Source: Azolla caroliniana
Taxonomy: Eukaryota > Plantae > Polypodiophyta
Reading direction: 5' to 3'
DNA length: 64,000 bases
Assembly (NCBI GenBank): GCA_043228905.1
Contig: JBHGNT010000018.1
Coordinates: forward strand, 3,348,001 to 3,412,000
Shown: positions 37,962-49,713 of the stretch, one piece after another
Layout: the number at the start of each line of letters is the position of its first letter
How positions within the stretch are numbered: the first letter of the stretch is position 1
Translations under genes and position numbers: made by a program
The notes under the pieces: generated by a model
Database searches by the model: none
Told to the model about the DNA's origin: nothing
The model's input: the letters and a program-made list of their open reading frames with translations, nothing else

Positions 37962-38337
37962 AACACGTTCGCGTTCACAAGTGGAAGGATTGTGCATTCC
38001 ACTTGTAGAATCTTCTTAAAACGAAGCAAATACACCCTCTCTACAAAAATTGGATGCACTAGTATCACTTGTTCCTCAACTTGATGAGAATTTGCAAATA
38101 TAAAAATACATGATAGGTCTACGAGTGGAGATCATTAGAAATCATGCAAGTTTAGACGCGTTGATAAGTTAATGTAGGCATAATAAAGTTCAACAATGGC
38201 TCAATATGTCACTACTGTGCGACAAGGGAAACACTAACTTAAAGACTTATATTAATTAGGTAAGTTTTACAAAAATATCAGGTGTACTTGTATCCATACT
38301 AATAAAATGAGTTATAATTTATACTTTGACCCATACG

Positions 38338-41300
38338 TGTTAGAAATTGACGCTTTCAAAACCTTCACCTCTCGGCCACAACCGAGGAAACACGAGTCAA
38401 TGCAGCAGTAAATCGAAAACACAGAGAGAGACTCGAATGCACAGGGTTTAGCGTGGAAAACCCTAGACGGGAAAAACCACGGGAGTGCAAGACTCCAACT
38501 ATCACTATACGCAGGGAATGTACAATGGCGAGCTGCAAGGCGACGACCTTGAGCTCGTTGTCCTCGCCACAGGCGGCGGTATTACACAGAGGCGTCGACC
38601 TCTTCCTTTCTCTCTCTCTCACTCTCTCTCTCGGCTGCTCTCACTTCGCTCCCTCTAAGTGGAAAACAGAAAAATGAGCAACAACAACAAAACTGTTTGC
38701 CCTAAGTCATATTTATACACATATGACTTTCGGGCTATTTACAAATATAGCCTAGAGGGCCCTTGGCAAACATATTCACAAATATGTCCCCGCATCCGGA
38801 TCTCTCTCCGGGTACATTCGTCATCCGGCTCCGTAGCCGGGGTCTTCATCATCCGGATCCGAAACCGGGTCTTCATCATCCGGTTCCGATACCGGGTACT
38901 CCTCATTCGGGTCTTCATTCCCGATTCCCGGACATCTGACCATCCCATCCGGAGGGACCGTAATCCCAACAAACTCCCCCTTCACTTCGGCATGGGATGT
39001 CTTTCCAGTCCGACCCTCTTCCGGCACGCTTCCAGCTTGTCGGGTGTGAGCACTTTGGTCAGCATATCTGACCCGTTCTCGTCCGTGTGGATCTTCGTCA
39101 GCACGAACTCCTGGTCTTCTATCCCGGATCCAGTGATATCTTCGCTGGATGTGCTTCGTCCGGGAGTGATAGGCCGCATTCTTCGCAAGGTGGATGGCAC
39201 TCTGACTGTCGCAGTAGAGTCGGTACTCCTCCTGCCGGATGCCGAGCTCTCTAATGAAGTCCTTCATCCATATTATTTCCTTGCCGGCTTCAACAGCCGC
39301 CATGTACTCCGCCTCCGTGGTTGACAACGCAACCGTCTTCTGCAGCCTCGACTGCCACGAAACAGCTCCCCCTGCATACGTCATCACATACCCTGATGTG
39401 GACCAGCTGGTATCTGCATCAGCCGACATATCCGAATCGGTAAAGCCGTCGAGTTCGGGCTTACCGGAGCCGAATCGGAGGCACACGTTTGCCGTGCCCT
39501 TCAGGTATCGGAGTATCCACTTGGCCGCGTTCCAGTGCTCTTTGCCGGGATTGCTCATGTACCGGCTCACCACTCCGACTGCATATCCTATGTCCGGTCT
39601 TGTACACACCATTGCGTACATCAAGCTTCCGACGGCAGAGGCATATGGTACTTTCATCATGTCCTCCTTCTCAGCCTTTGTCTTGGGGCTTTGCTTGCTG
39701 GACAACTTGCAGTTTGCCGGGAGGGTTGACCCGACCGGTCTTGCTTCCGACATGTTGAACCGGTGAAGCACCTTTGTCACGTACTTCTCCTGTGACAGCC
39801 ACAACTGCTTCTTCTTCCGGTCCCGAATGATGTGCATCCCTAGTATTTGCCTCGCCGGACCCAGGTCCTTCATTGAGAAGGTTCGGTGAAGCGCTTTCTT
39901 CAGCATCCGTATCTTGACCTGGTCCCGTCCGACGATCAACATGTCGTCCACGTACAAGAGGAGTATTAGAAAGTCTCCTCCTTCGAAATTCTTCACAAAC
40001 ACGCAGTGATCGGACTGCGTTTTGTGGTACCCTTCGTCGGTCATGAAAGAGTCGAACTTCCGGTACCATTGCCGGGGAGCCTGCTTCAGTCCGTAAAGGC
40101 TCTTCTTCAACTGGCATACCAGGTGCTCCTTCCCTTTCTTCTCGAATCCTTCCGGTTGCTGCATGTAGATCTCTTCTTCGAGTTCACCGTGAAGAAATGT
40201 CGTCTTCACGTCCATCTGTTCTACCTCGAGGTCCATGCTTGCCGTTATGCTCAGCACCGTCCGGATGGAGGTCATCTTCACTACCGGGGCAAATATCTCG
40301 TCGAAGTCGACGCCCTTCTTCTGCTGGAACCCCTTCACCACGATCCTGGCTTTGTATCTCGGGGGGTTTCCGGCATCTCCCGGTTTCAGCTTGAACACCC
40401 ACTTGTTTCGAAGTGCCCGCTTTCCTTTCGGCAACTCCACAAGTTCATATGTGTGGTTCTCATGCAGGGAATCCATCTCCTCCTGCATGGCACTTAACCA
40501 CCTACGGCTATGGGTGTCAAGCTTTGCTTCTTCAAAACTCTCCGGCTCCCCCTCGTCGGTTAGCAGCACATGCTCTGGTTCCGGAAATCTCCGGGGGGCC
40601 CTTCTCTCTCTTAGAGGATATCTCCGTTCCGGAGCTTCGGTAACCGGCTCCTCCGTTTCCTCTTCATCCGAATCCATTTCGGGATCGGGGCCGGTTCCGG
40701 TATCAATTTCATCTTCCTCGGCCGGTTCTGTTTCTTCACCGTCTTCGGCCGGATCCTCGAGTGCTAACCGGTCCCTTGCCGGTCAGGACTGCTCCTCGTA
40801 GAGTTGATCCTCACCGGTCGACTTGGAGCTCTTCATCTTCTTCTCCGACTCCCAGTCGGCGAGTGTCTTGTCCTCCATGAAGATGATATCACGACTCCGG
40901 AATATCTTTTTGTCGACCGGGTCCCATACTCGGTAGCTGAACTCGTCATCGCCGTAACCGAGGAATATGCATGGCCGGGTCTTTGGATCTAGCTTTCCTC
41001 TCCGGTCCTTTGCCACATGCACATATGCGAGACACCCGAACACCTTCAGATGCCGGTAGGATACTTCCCTACCGGTCCACACTCTCTGCGGCGTGTCTCC
41101 GTCCAAAGGTACTGAGGGTGATCTGTTTATCACATATGTCGCCGTCGACATTGCCTCAGCCCAAAACCCCTTGGGTAATTTCGCATGCGCCAGCATACTC
41201 CGGACCCTCTCCATTATGGTCCGGTTCATCCTCTCGGCTAGCCCGTTCAGTTCCGGCGTCTTCGGCACAGTAAACTCGAGCCGGATTCCCTTCGAGCGAC

Positions 41301-43725
41301 AGTACTCCTTGAACTGCCCCCGGTATTCCCCTCCGTTATCCGCTCGTATCGCTTTCAGCTTCTTGCCGGATTCCCTTTCCACTCTCGCGTGGAGTTCTTT
41401 GAAGACGCACAACACTTGGTCCTTTGTCTTCAACGGTGCCGTCCACAGCTTCCGGCTGTGGTCATCAATGAATGTCACGAAGTACTGGGCTCCGCCATGT
41501 GACTACGTCAGTGTGCACCAACTCCAATGGTGCGCTACGTCTCGTCGGTGGCCTTGAGTGGAAGGAGGTTCGGTTCTGCTTACCGGCCAGGCAATCGGTG
41601 CACTTCTCCAGGTGCACATGCTTCACTGGAATAAGGTTGTCTTCTGCAAGCCTCTTCATCCCCTTCTCACTCATGTGGCACTGTCTCTTGTGCCACAGCT
41701 CACCGGCAGTGTCGGCTGCCACGTTCAACTCCTCCGGACACAACCAGGCATTCATAAGGTACAGTGTGTTGACTTTCCGGGCCCGAGCCACTATCAGGCT
41801 CCCCTTGCTGAACTTCATTACGCAGTTCCGGATGCTACCTGTGTAGCCTTCATCGTCTAGCCTCCCGGCCGAAATCAGGTTCAATCGAACCTCCGGAACG
41901 TGTCGGACATCCTTCAGCAACATTTTGCATCCGGTCGAGGTTGTCAACCACACGTCTCCTATGCCGGCAATCCGGCACGTACCTTCATTTCCCATCCGAA
42001 CACAGCCATGCTCACCGGCTGTGTAGGATGAGAAGTATCTTCTTTCCGGGGGCAGGTGGAACGACGCTCCGGAATCGACCACCCAGGTAGTCTCATCGCC
42101 GGCAATGTTTAGTTCACCTTCTTCGGTGATGAGCATGATCTCCTCTTCACTTGCCGCGAGTGCCGTCGTTCCTTTCCGGTCCTGCCCTCGCCGATCCGAA
42201 CCATTCCGGTCCGTGGCTCCCCGGTAAGCACCGTTCCGTTCCGAAGACTTCTTCGAATCGGTGTCGTCGGCTCCGTTGTCTTTTCGGTAATGCCGACAAT
42301 TCTTTCGGAAGTGCCCCGGCTTCCCACAGTGGAAGCATGTGGGCCTTCCTCTTGACTGCGACCGGGTCCCCGACTTCTCCCGTCTTTGCGGACTCCGGTT
42401 CCGTTGTCTTCCCCGATCCGATTCGGTAAGCAGCATCTTCGGATCGGAGGCCGGTTCTTTATCTCTCCAACACGCTTCTTCGTTCAAAATGCTTGTCTTT
42501 ACCGTTTGTAGGGACAAGTTATCTTCGGTGCAGGAGGTGCTGAGAGTCACCACCAAGTTCTCCCAGCTTTCCGGCAATGTACACATCAGCATGATGGCTT
42601 GCATTGCATCCTCCAACGGGAACTTGATCGCCGCAAGCTGGTTCACGAATCCCATGAACGTGCTTACGTGTTCCACCATACTCTCGCCGTCCTGGTACTT
42701 GAGGTTCACTATCTTCCTCATCAGGGAGGTCCGGTTCAACGCATTCTTCCTCTCGTAGAGGCCCGACAGCTTCTGCCACATTTCATATGCGTTGGTGTCG
42801 TTCGCCACATGTTGTAGAACACTCACGTCGACGTATTGCCGAATGGTTGCAACGGCTTTCCGGTTCAGAAGCCTCCATTCCGTCTCAAGTACCCCCTTGG
42901 GTATTTCCGACCTGTCGATCGGTTCATACAGGTCCCGAACAATGAGCAGATCCTCCATCTTTATCTTCCAGTCGGCGTAGTTCTGCGCATTCAGCACCAT
43001 CATCCCCGGCTGCCCGCTGCTGCCGCCTTCCATTTTCTGCACTGCAGTCGCTCTGATACCAGATTGTTAGAAATTGACGCTTTCAAAACCTTCACCTCTC
43101 GGCCACAACCGAGGAAACACGAGTCAATGCAGCAATAAATCGAAAACACAGAGAGAGACTCGAATGCACAGGGTTTAGCGTGGAAAACCCTAGACGGGAA
43201 AAACCACGGGAGTGCAAGACTCCAACTATCACTATACGCAGGGAATGTACAATGGCGAGCTGCAAGGCGACGACCTTGAGCTCGCTGTCCTCGCCACAGG
43301 CGGCGGTATTACACAGAGGCGTCGACCTCTTCCTTTCTCTCTCTCTCACTCTCTCTCTCGGCTGCTCTCACTTCGCTCCCTCTAAGTGGAAAACAAAAAA
43401 ATGAGCAACAACAACAAAACTGTTTGCCCTAAGTCATATTTATACACATATGACTTTCGGGCTATTTACAAATATAGCCTAGAGGGCCCTTGGCAAACAT
43501 ATTCACAAATATGTCCCCGCATCCGGATCTCTCTCCGGGTACATTCGTCATCCGGCTCCGTAGCCGGGGTCTTCATCATCCGGATCCGAAACCGGGTCTT
43601 CATCATCCGGATCCGAAACCGGGTCTTCATCATCCAGTTCCGATACCGGGTACTCCTCATTCGGGTCTTCATTCCCGATTCCCGGACATCTAACCATCCC
43701 ATCCGGAGGGACCGTAATCCCAACA
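38338..43725 (-). mobile_element. Near-intact, young Ty1/copia LTR retrotransposon (Tork/Tnt1-like). LTRs 38338-38971 and 43065-43725
   Basis: TG..CA ends, TSD ATACG, PBS for tRNA-iMet at 43050-43061, PPT at 38972-38987. Domains: gag CFHCGKPGHFRKNC, VVDSGASFH, integrase, RT YVDD, RNase H. A few frameshifts. Confidence 0.97.
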
Positions 43726-43734
43726 ATACGTGCA

Positions 43735-44010
43735 TGTATGTAATTGTGGAAAATGTAGGATAGTGCACATTAGGATAAGTGATTGGAATAACTAACTTAT
43801 TAAAGTATTCAATACTTGTATTTAAAGTTGATCTAATATATTCCTTAGTTTGTTCATATGGGATCAAACCATATGTATATAATTGTGGACAATGTAAGGC
43901 AGTGAACTTTAGGATAATGTCGTGGAAATAACAAACCTATTAGGCTTTCATACCTGTATTTAAAATTGATCTACTCTATTGCTTAGGTGATTCACACAGG
44001 ATCAAACTCC
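43735..44010. repeat. ~139-bp degenerate tandem duplication inside the DNA transposon
   Basis: atgtat.taattgtgga.aatgta...ggatcaaac occurs twice. Confidence 0.65.
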
Positions 44011-44400
44011 GAACGATAACGCAATTGGAACCATTATCAACACACTACACAATCTAAGCAGCAATGGAATAGAAACATAATAGTTTTAACAATAGAAGAC
44101 AAAGATCCATAATAACAACATGGACAGTCATGGCAACAATTGTAGGGCCATGTTCTGTTAAGGTTAGCTTGGACCAAAATCAGACTCAATTTAAACTAAT
44201 TCATGTTTCTCCATAAATTTGGTAGTCAGTTATGCACGCGGTGAAACCAATGTCATAAATCTACTAAACAAGTATATAAAAATAAAATTGAAACATATAA
44301 AATATTATAAAGAATAGAATCCACTAGGTAAAACCCAAAATTTGTATTAATAATGTGAAATCCTAACAAATCGTCAGTGTCATTTTCTTCATAGAGTCTA

Positions 44401-47400
44401 TTACATAGCAATCAATTCATCAACGTCATTTTCTTCATCATCTTGTGTAGAACTCTCTTCGGCTATACGTGCATTGGCTTCCCCTGTTAGCCGAGCCAAC
44501 GAAATATCTTCTATAAGCTCATCATCAAGCTCTATTAGCTCCCCCGGTTCGCCGGCTAACGGAGGAATAGGCTCTCGCGAAACAGGTTGAAACCTTTCTG
44601 TATTAGCAAGGTTCTTTGCACCGACCTCCTCATCCTGGTCTGGGCACTCCAACAAAGCCTTAATCCGCATATTAATAAATATAACCTGGTCCTCGTCCTT
44701 CTCCAATGCAACTGTATTTCTAAAGAGCTTCAATGCACATGCAGACGTCGTTCCTATGATGTAAGTAACAAGAAGATTTAGTTGTCAAACAAAAAAGATT
44801 CGGGATTGGTTATCTCAAGATCATTACCCTAGTTCGAGGAATACCTGTGCCAGAAAAGAGATCTAATATCCAGTCTCCTTCGATAGAAAACATCTCGATC
44901 AAGCGCATCATAAGTCGTTGAGGTTTTTGATATGGGTTGACAAGTCCTCGTTCTGTCGTGGTGACATGTCGCAATTTCCGTGTCACTATTGGATATACCA
45001 ACAGATTTGAACCTCCCACTTCATTAGAATGCTCCTTGATTCTCTGTTTCTTAATTTCATCGAAGTAGCCAACCGTGATGTATTCAATGGCATTAACAAA
45101 CCGAAAAGTTGGCCCTCTATTTACATTGGTCTTGATCCTATAAAAAATAATACATCGAGTTAAGAATAGATTGAACAACCTTAAAAAATGCAATATAGTG
45201 AAAGACACCTATAAATAATCCTTACCATGCAAGGTTCTCGATGCCATGGCAAAGAGATCTCAAAGCTTGAGCTACCGAGTATCCTTGGTCCATACTATGA
45301 AAGACAACTATTCGCCACAAGGATGCAGTCGTTAGCTCAGCGAAATCCTTGACCATCTTCTCCAATTGTTTAAACCTAAACGGTTCATCGTCGTATGATG
45401 ACCCAGCTATTCGAAATCTGTAAGGAATATCTACAATCATTAGCGTATATTCCTTCTTTGGCACCTTTTGGATCAAGTCGAGGACATCACCGCAAACCAC
45501 ATTGTAGTAAAGATCTCTCATAATATCTTTTTTGTGGCTAAATTTTTTAAAGGAGCCATCTTCCTCCATTTCATACACCTTGACTAAGTGACTATCCTTT
45601 TCTTTTCTGGCTCGCTCGAGATGTGCAAGGAAGGATGTAGGGAAATCGTGTATATCCTTAACTTCTCCTTGTTTCTTGCCTCGACACGGTTTCTAATAGA
45701 AGCAATAGGACATCAGGTATTATTATACAAGCTCTACATATAATGAAAGGGTAATGAAAAACCATCAATACTAACCCAATCCTTGAATGCAATAAAATAC
45801 TCTGATAACGCCTTATATGAAGATGTTAGAGGATAATCCTCAGTCACTTGTTCCCAAGTTATACATCCAAGTTGTTTCATCATAACTTCTTGGATCTTCA
45901 TGTACACCTTATGACTGTAAAATTAGAAATCAAGATTAGAACTTTGAATTACACCATATAGACTACAATTTTAGTATTTGAAAGACTTACTTATTGAACT
46001 CAGTGACCATTTCTTCAAGGCTTAAATCTTTCACCACAACCCTTGACAAAACAGACACAAGAAGCTGCTCGTCCTTAATACCTTGCATCGCTCTCCATAG
46101 AGACAACTTCATGTCGTCTGCGGCTTCTTCAATTGTCAAGTCAATTTTCTTGGCGGCTTGTGACTTTAACTCTAGTTGAGGGTCAACCTTACATTTCTTT
46201 TGTCATTGACCCTTTACCTCCTTATTCTCCCACATTGAGAAGATTTGATCTTGTAGGTCCCATACTTCTCCATCTCTAAATGCCAATTGAAACCAAGACT
46301 CGTATCTTCGAAGACCATCGGACTTAACATTATCATCTACAACAATGCCGACTTCATGCAGACATTGACGTCGTAGGCCTGGATGTAACTTCACACCAAA
46401 CTTTTGTTTCACGTCCAAATACTCGTGGTGGAAGAACCGTATACACTCAATGGACGACATTTTCTGCCTATAGTCATTATCATTATTATGGTCCCATGCC
46501 AACAGCTTAGCCTCTTCGGTTGCGAGCCCAACATAAATTTTGCACTCGGCATACTTGAAGAAGAAAGTCGTTGGATGTTCTCTCACAAGTTGCCGACGTG
46601 CCTCCGCTGAATGCGATCCACCAATGACAAAGTAATTATATTGATCATGCTTTCTAATATCAAAATCTTCAATGGTTTCACATTCTTCAGGATCTACCAT
46701 AACAATAAAAGGCACCACAGTGGCATGAGGATTAATTTTCATTTTTTTCTTGAGATTTTGAACATGCATGCGGTGTGGCTCTCTAATCTGAAGTGGTCGT
46801 CGACCTGTTTTTTCATCAATAGGGGGCCGATGGATGTGTGTTATAGGCAAATTAAACACTTGCCCTTTCCTGACCAGTTTACGCTGCATTAACTCTCTCC
46901 TTATCTTATTCTGCTCGGATGACAAAACACCTGATGCCAGCTCAGCTCCTGGCATCCCCTTATTGTCCTCTTCGTTTTCACTTGTTGAATCGGTGTCCGA
47001 CATTTTGGATGTCTTCTCTAATCTCAAGTGTTTAATTTGCCTATAACACACATCCATCGGCTCTCTAATCTCAAGTGGTCGTCGACCTGTTTTTTCATCA
47101 ATAGGGGGCTGATGGATGTGTGTTATAGGCAAATTAAACACTTGCCCTTTCCTGACCAGTTTACACTACATTAACTCTCTCCTTATCTTATTCTACTCAG
47201 ATGACAAAACACCCGATGCCAACTCAGCTCCTGGCGTCCCCTTATTGTCCTCCTCTTCATTTTCACTTGTTGAATCGGTGTCCGACATTTTGGATGTCTT
47301 CTTCTTTGGTGGTCTTGACTGGACTTTGGATACCCTTTTTGTGGCCTTCAATGGGGAGGGCACTTCATCTCTTAGAGTTACATGGCCTTGTATATAAGGC

Positions 47401-47910
47401 CTCAAGGTAACAATAAGGTTTTGTGAGCTTTCAAGATCTTTTTTGAACACTTCTAGCCCACAAGATTCCTTTACTAAAAGATCTTCTGAAAGGAACACTT
47501 TACGTACCCCCTTGGAGCACTCTATCATTACCAGTATGTTGGCCGAATCTGCATCTTCGTGGTCAAATCGTAGAATACGACCATACATAAATGGGGTTTC
47601 CTTTCCAAGTTGCCCCTCCCCCTTCTTCTTTGTTGTATACAATACGACTTTTTTCTTTGAGTCGACATATTGCATACACCATTCCTTGTCCGTTAGATCA
47701 CGGTTGGGAAGGTCTTCACCTCTAGTAGCGGCGACAAGTTTCTTTTGGCTAACGTCAATGTGTGGCTGAGATTTTGTCTCCTCGTTGAAGAGAAGCTTTT
47801 TTCCTCTCTTCATGGTCTCAGGAGCTACCTTGGTCTAGGCTTCAATTGAAGAACCCTGTATGCGAAGCTTTATTTTCTTCACAGATCGGTCCGACAGGTT
47901 CTCAAACGAC
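44401..47910 (-). pseudogene. Intron-containing ParB/Srx-like + beta-class N4C/N6A DNA methyltransferase fusion gene. Exons ~47910-45991, 45914-45776, 45692-45226, 45137-44845, 44753-44401; probable first exon ending at 48843
   Basis: ParB-like block (IREP...HVQNLKKKM...YFVIGGSHS.EARRQL...EAKLLAWDHN). MTase motifs VVCGDVLDLI, motif IV IVDIPY, NPYQKP.RLM.RLI.MFS.EGDWILDLFSGTG|TTSACA....RN.VALEKD, with motif I rebuilt across a GT-AG intron. Disabled by in-frame stops and an internal duplication. Confidence 0.85.
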
Positions 47911-48386
47911 CTATTTAAGAAAGTACATGCAAAAACATAAGTTAGGTGGTCACGTAGATTAAGGTTGTATATTAAAATATAAATAAGAAGATGAAGAACA
48001 ATTCTCACTAGCAGGCGATTAGTGGTGAAGTGAAAATATCAATCATGCATTCAGAGTAATGGTAGTCCTATATTCAAAAATCCATTCTAGGCAGGGCTAT
48101 TCAAACTAGAAAATATAATCGTAATAAGTAAACAGGGTTATATATTCTTTTAAAGAGGAGGTATGACTTATATAGATTCCATACCTATATTGAGGAGAAT
48201 TTGCTATCATAAAGGTAATTTGTGGGTTATTTTCTACTCTTTTAAGCAAATAGTAGGTCATAAAACACCTATAATTAGGGCATGTTTTTTTTAAAAGTAA
48301 GGCAAGTCAACATAAAAAAGACTGATTTTGACAGACAATTTGATATCTTTTCCACACAATAATTAATTGTTGCCTTCTTTTATACA

Positions 48387-48792
48387 GGAACTCGATACGG
48401 CGTATCGAGTTCCAGTTTAAAGTTTAGGTTTTAAACACGAACTAAACGGGAAATCGATACGCCGTATCGAGTTCCTGTGATTTCTTTGCTTTTTAAACAA
48501 GAACTCGATACGGCGTATCGAGTTCCAGTTTAAAGTTTAGGTTTTAAACACGAACTAAACGGGAAATCGATACGCCGTATCAAGTTCCTGTGATTTCTTT
48601 GCTTTTTAAACAAGAACTCGATACGGCGTATCGAGTTCCTGTTTAAAAAGCAAAGGAAACATAGGAACTCGATACGGCGTATCAAGTTCCTGTTTAAAAA
48701 GCAAAAAAAAAAATATGAACTTGATACGCCGTATCGAGTTCTTGTATAAAGTTTGTATTGTATACAGGAACTCGATACGGCGTATCGAGTTC
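48387..48792. repeat. Cluster of eight ~25-27-bp palindromes GAACTCGATACG(G/C)CGTATCGAGTTC
   Basis: Copies at ~48387, 48449, 48501, 48562, 48614, 48664, 48717 and 48767, including a 113-bp tandem duplication. Confidence 0.92.
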
Positions 48793-48994
48793 TTGAGCGA
48801 CAAAACATATTTACAAAAATGTCCACAGTGTCAGAGGCTTACCTGGAGTCCTCGCGCTCGATTCTCTTTGAAGACCTGGTTGATCGTGTGGCAGTGGAGG
48901 CGGAGATCACGATTTTGTGCTTCCTGCTCTGTGTGCTTTGTGTGCTCTGTGTGCTCTGTACGCTCTTGTGTGCTCTTTTGAGTGAAATATGACG

Positions 48995-49713
48995 AGGTCT
49001 TCCTATTTATAGGGATTGACCACATTGGTTAAACTAACCATAGTCACCTTAACCAAGGTTGGTAAGTTTGAGGATAGTTAGTTGGTAACCATAGTGACAT
49101 TAACTAGAGTAACTTATGATTGCATTAATGATTACAAAGTCAAACTAACATATTGATCAATCTTTTATAGTGATAACAACTTGCAATGACTTCAAAGGTC
49201 ATGAAGGAGACAATGATAGAGGTTCATGAATGTACCAATGATTGATTACTAAAAGCAACAATTTTTATGACTCTCAAATGCTGTGTATTAAAGATGTGGG
49301 CATGAATTAACCAATGATTGATAAGTCTAATATTTAAAATGGTGAGCATTAAAGAACCAATGAGTGAGAGGTTCTATATCAAATATGGGTGCCATTAATT
49401 AGCCAATGATTTTAACATTAATCCAACATATTGATGGCTTGGTAATTATTAGATTTATATTATACTTGATTTAACTTCATATAGATGTAGTTTAAATAAT
49501 AATTGATATTTTAAATACAATTACTATATTAAAAATAAAATTTTTATGTATTGTATTAATATAATATTACATAATATAGACATTCTATTGATTTGGCTTT
49601 TGTTTAGAGAGAAGTTTATGTTTAGAGAGGAGTATATGTTTAGAGAGGAGCTTATTAGTTTTTTTCCTTACCCTAAGCACATAACTTACAGAGCCCTATC
49701 TAGACCTTAAGCC
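48995..49713. promoter_or_regulatory. Putative divergent promoter region between the MTase gene and the transposase
   Basis: TATAAATAGG on the minus strand at 49002-49011 and repeated (A/G)CCAATGA motifs at ~49234, 49310, 49357 and 49402. Confidence 0.4.

Noticed and set aside
38365-43867. Many overlapping and antisense ORFs over the Copia
   Set aside because: Shadow frames of GC-rich gag-pol and LTR sequence.
44401-47910. MTase region as bacterial or phage contamination
   Set aside because: It has spliceosomal introns and lies inside a TIR element that also contains a plant Copia.
48387-48792. Palindrome cluster as a CRISPR array
   Set aside because: Spacers are duplicated or inverted copies of each other and uneven in length, there are no cas genes, and the context is eukaryotic.
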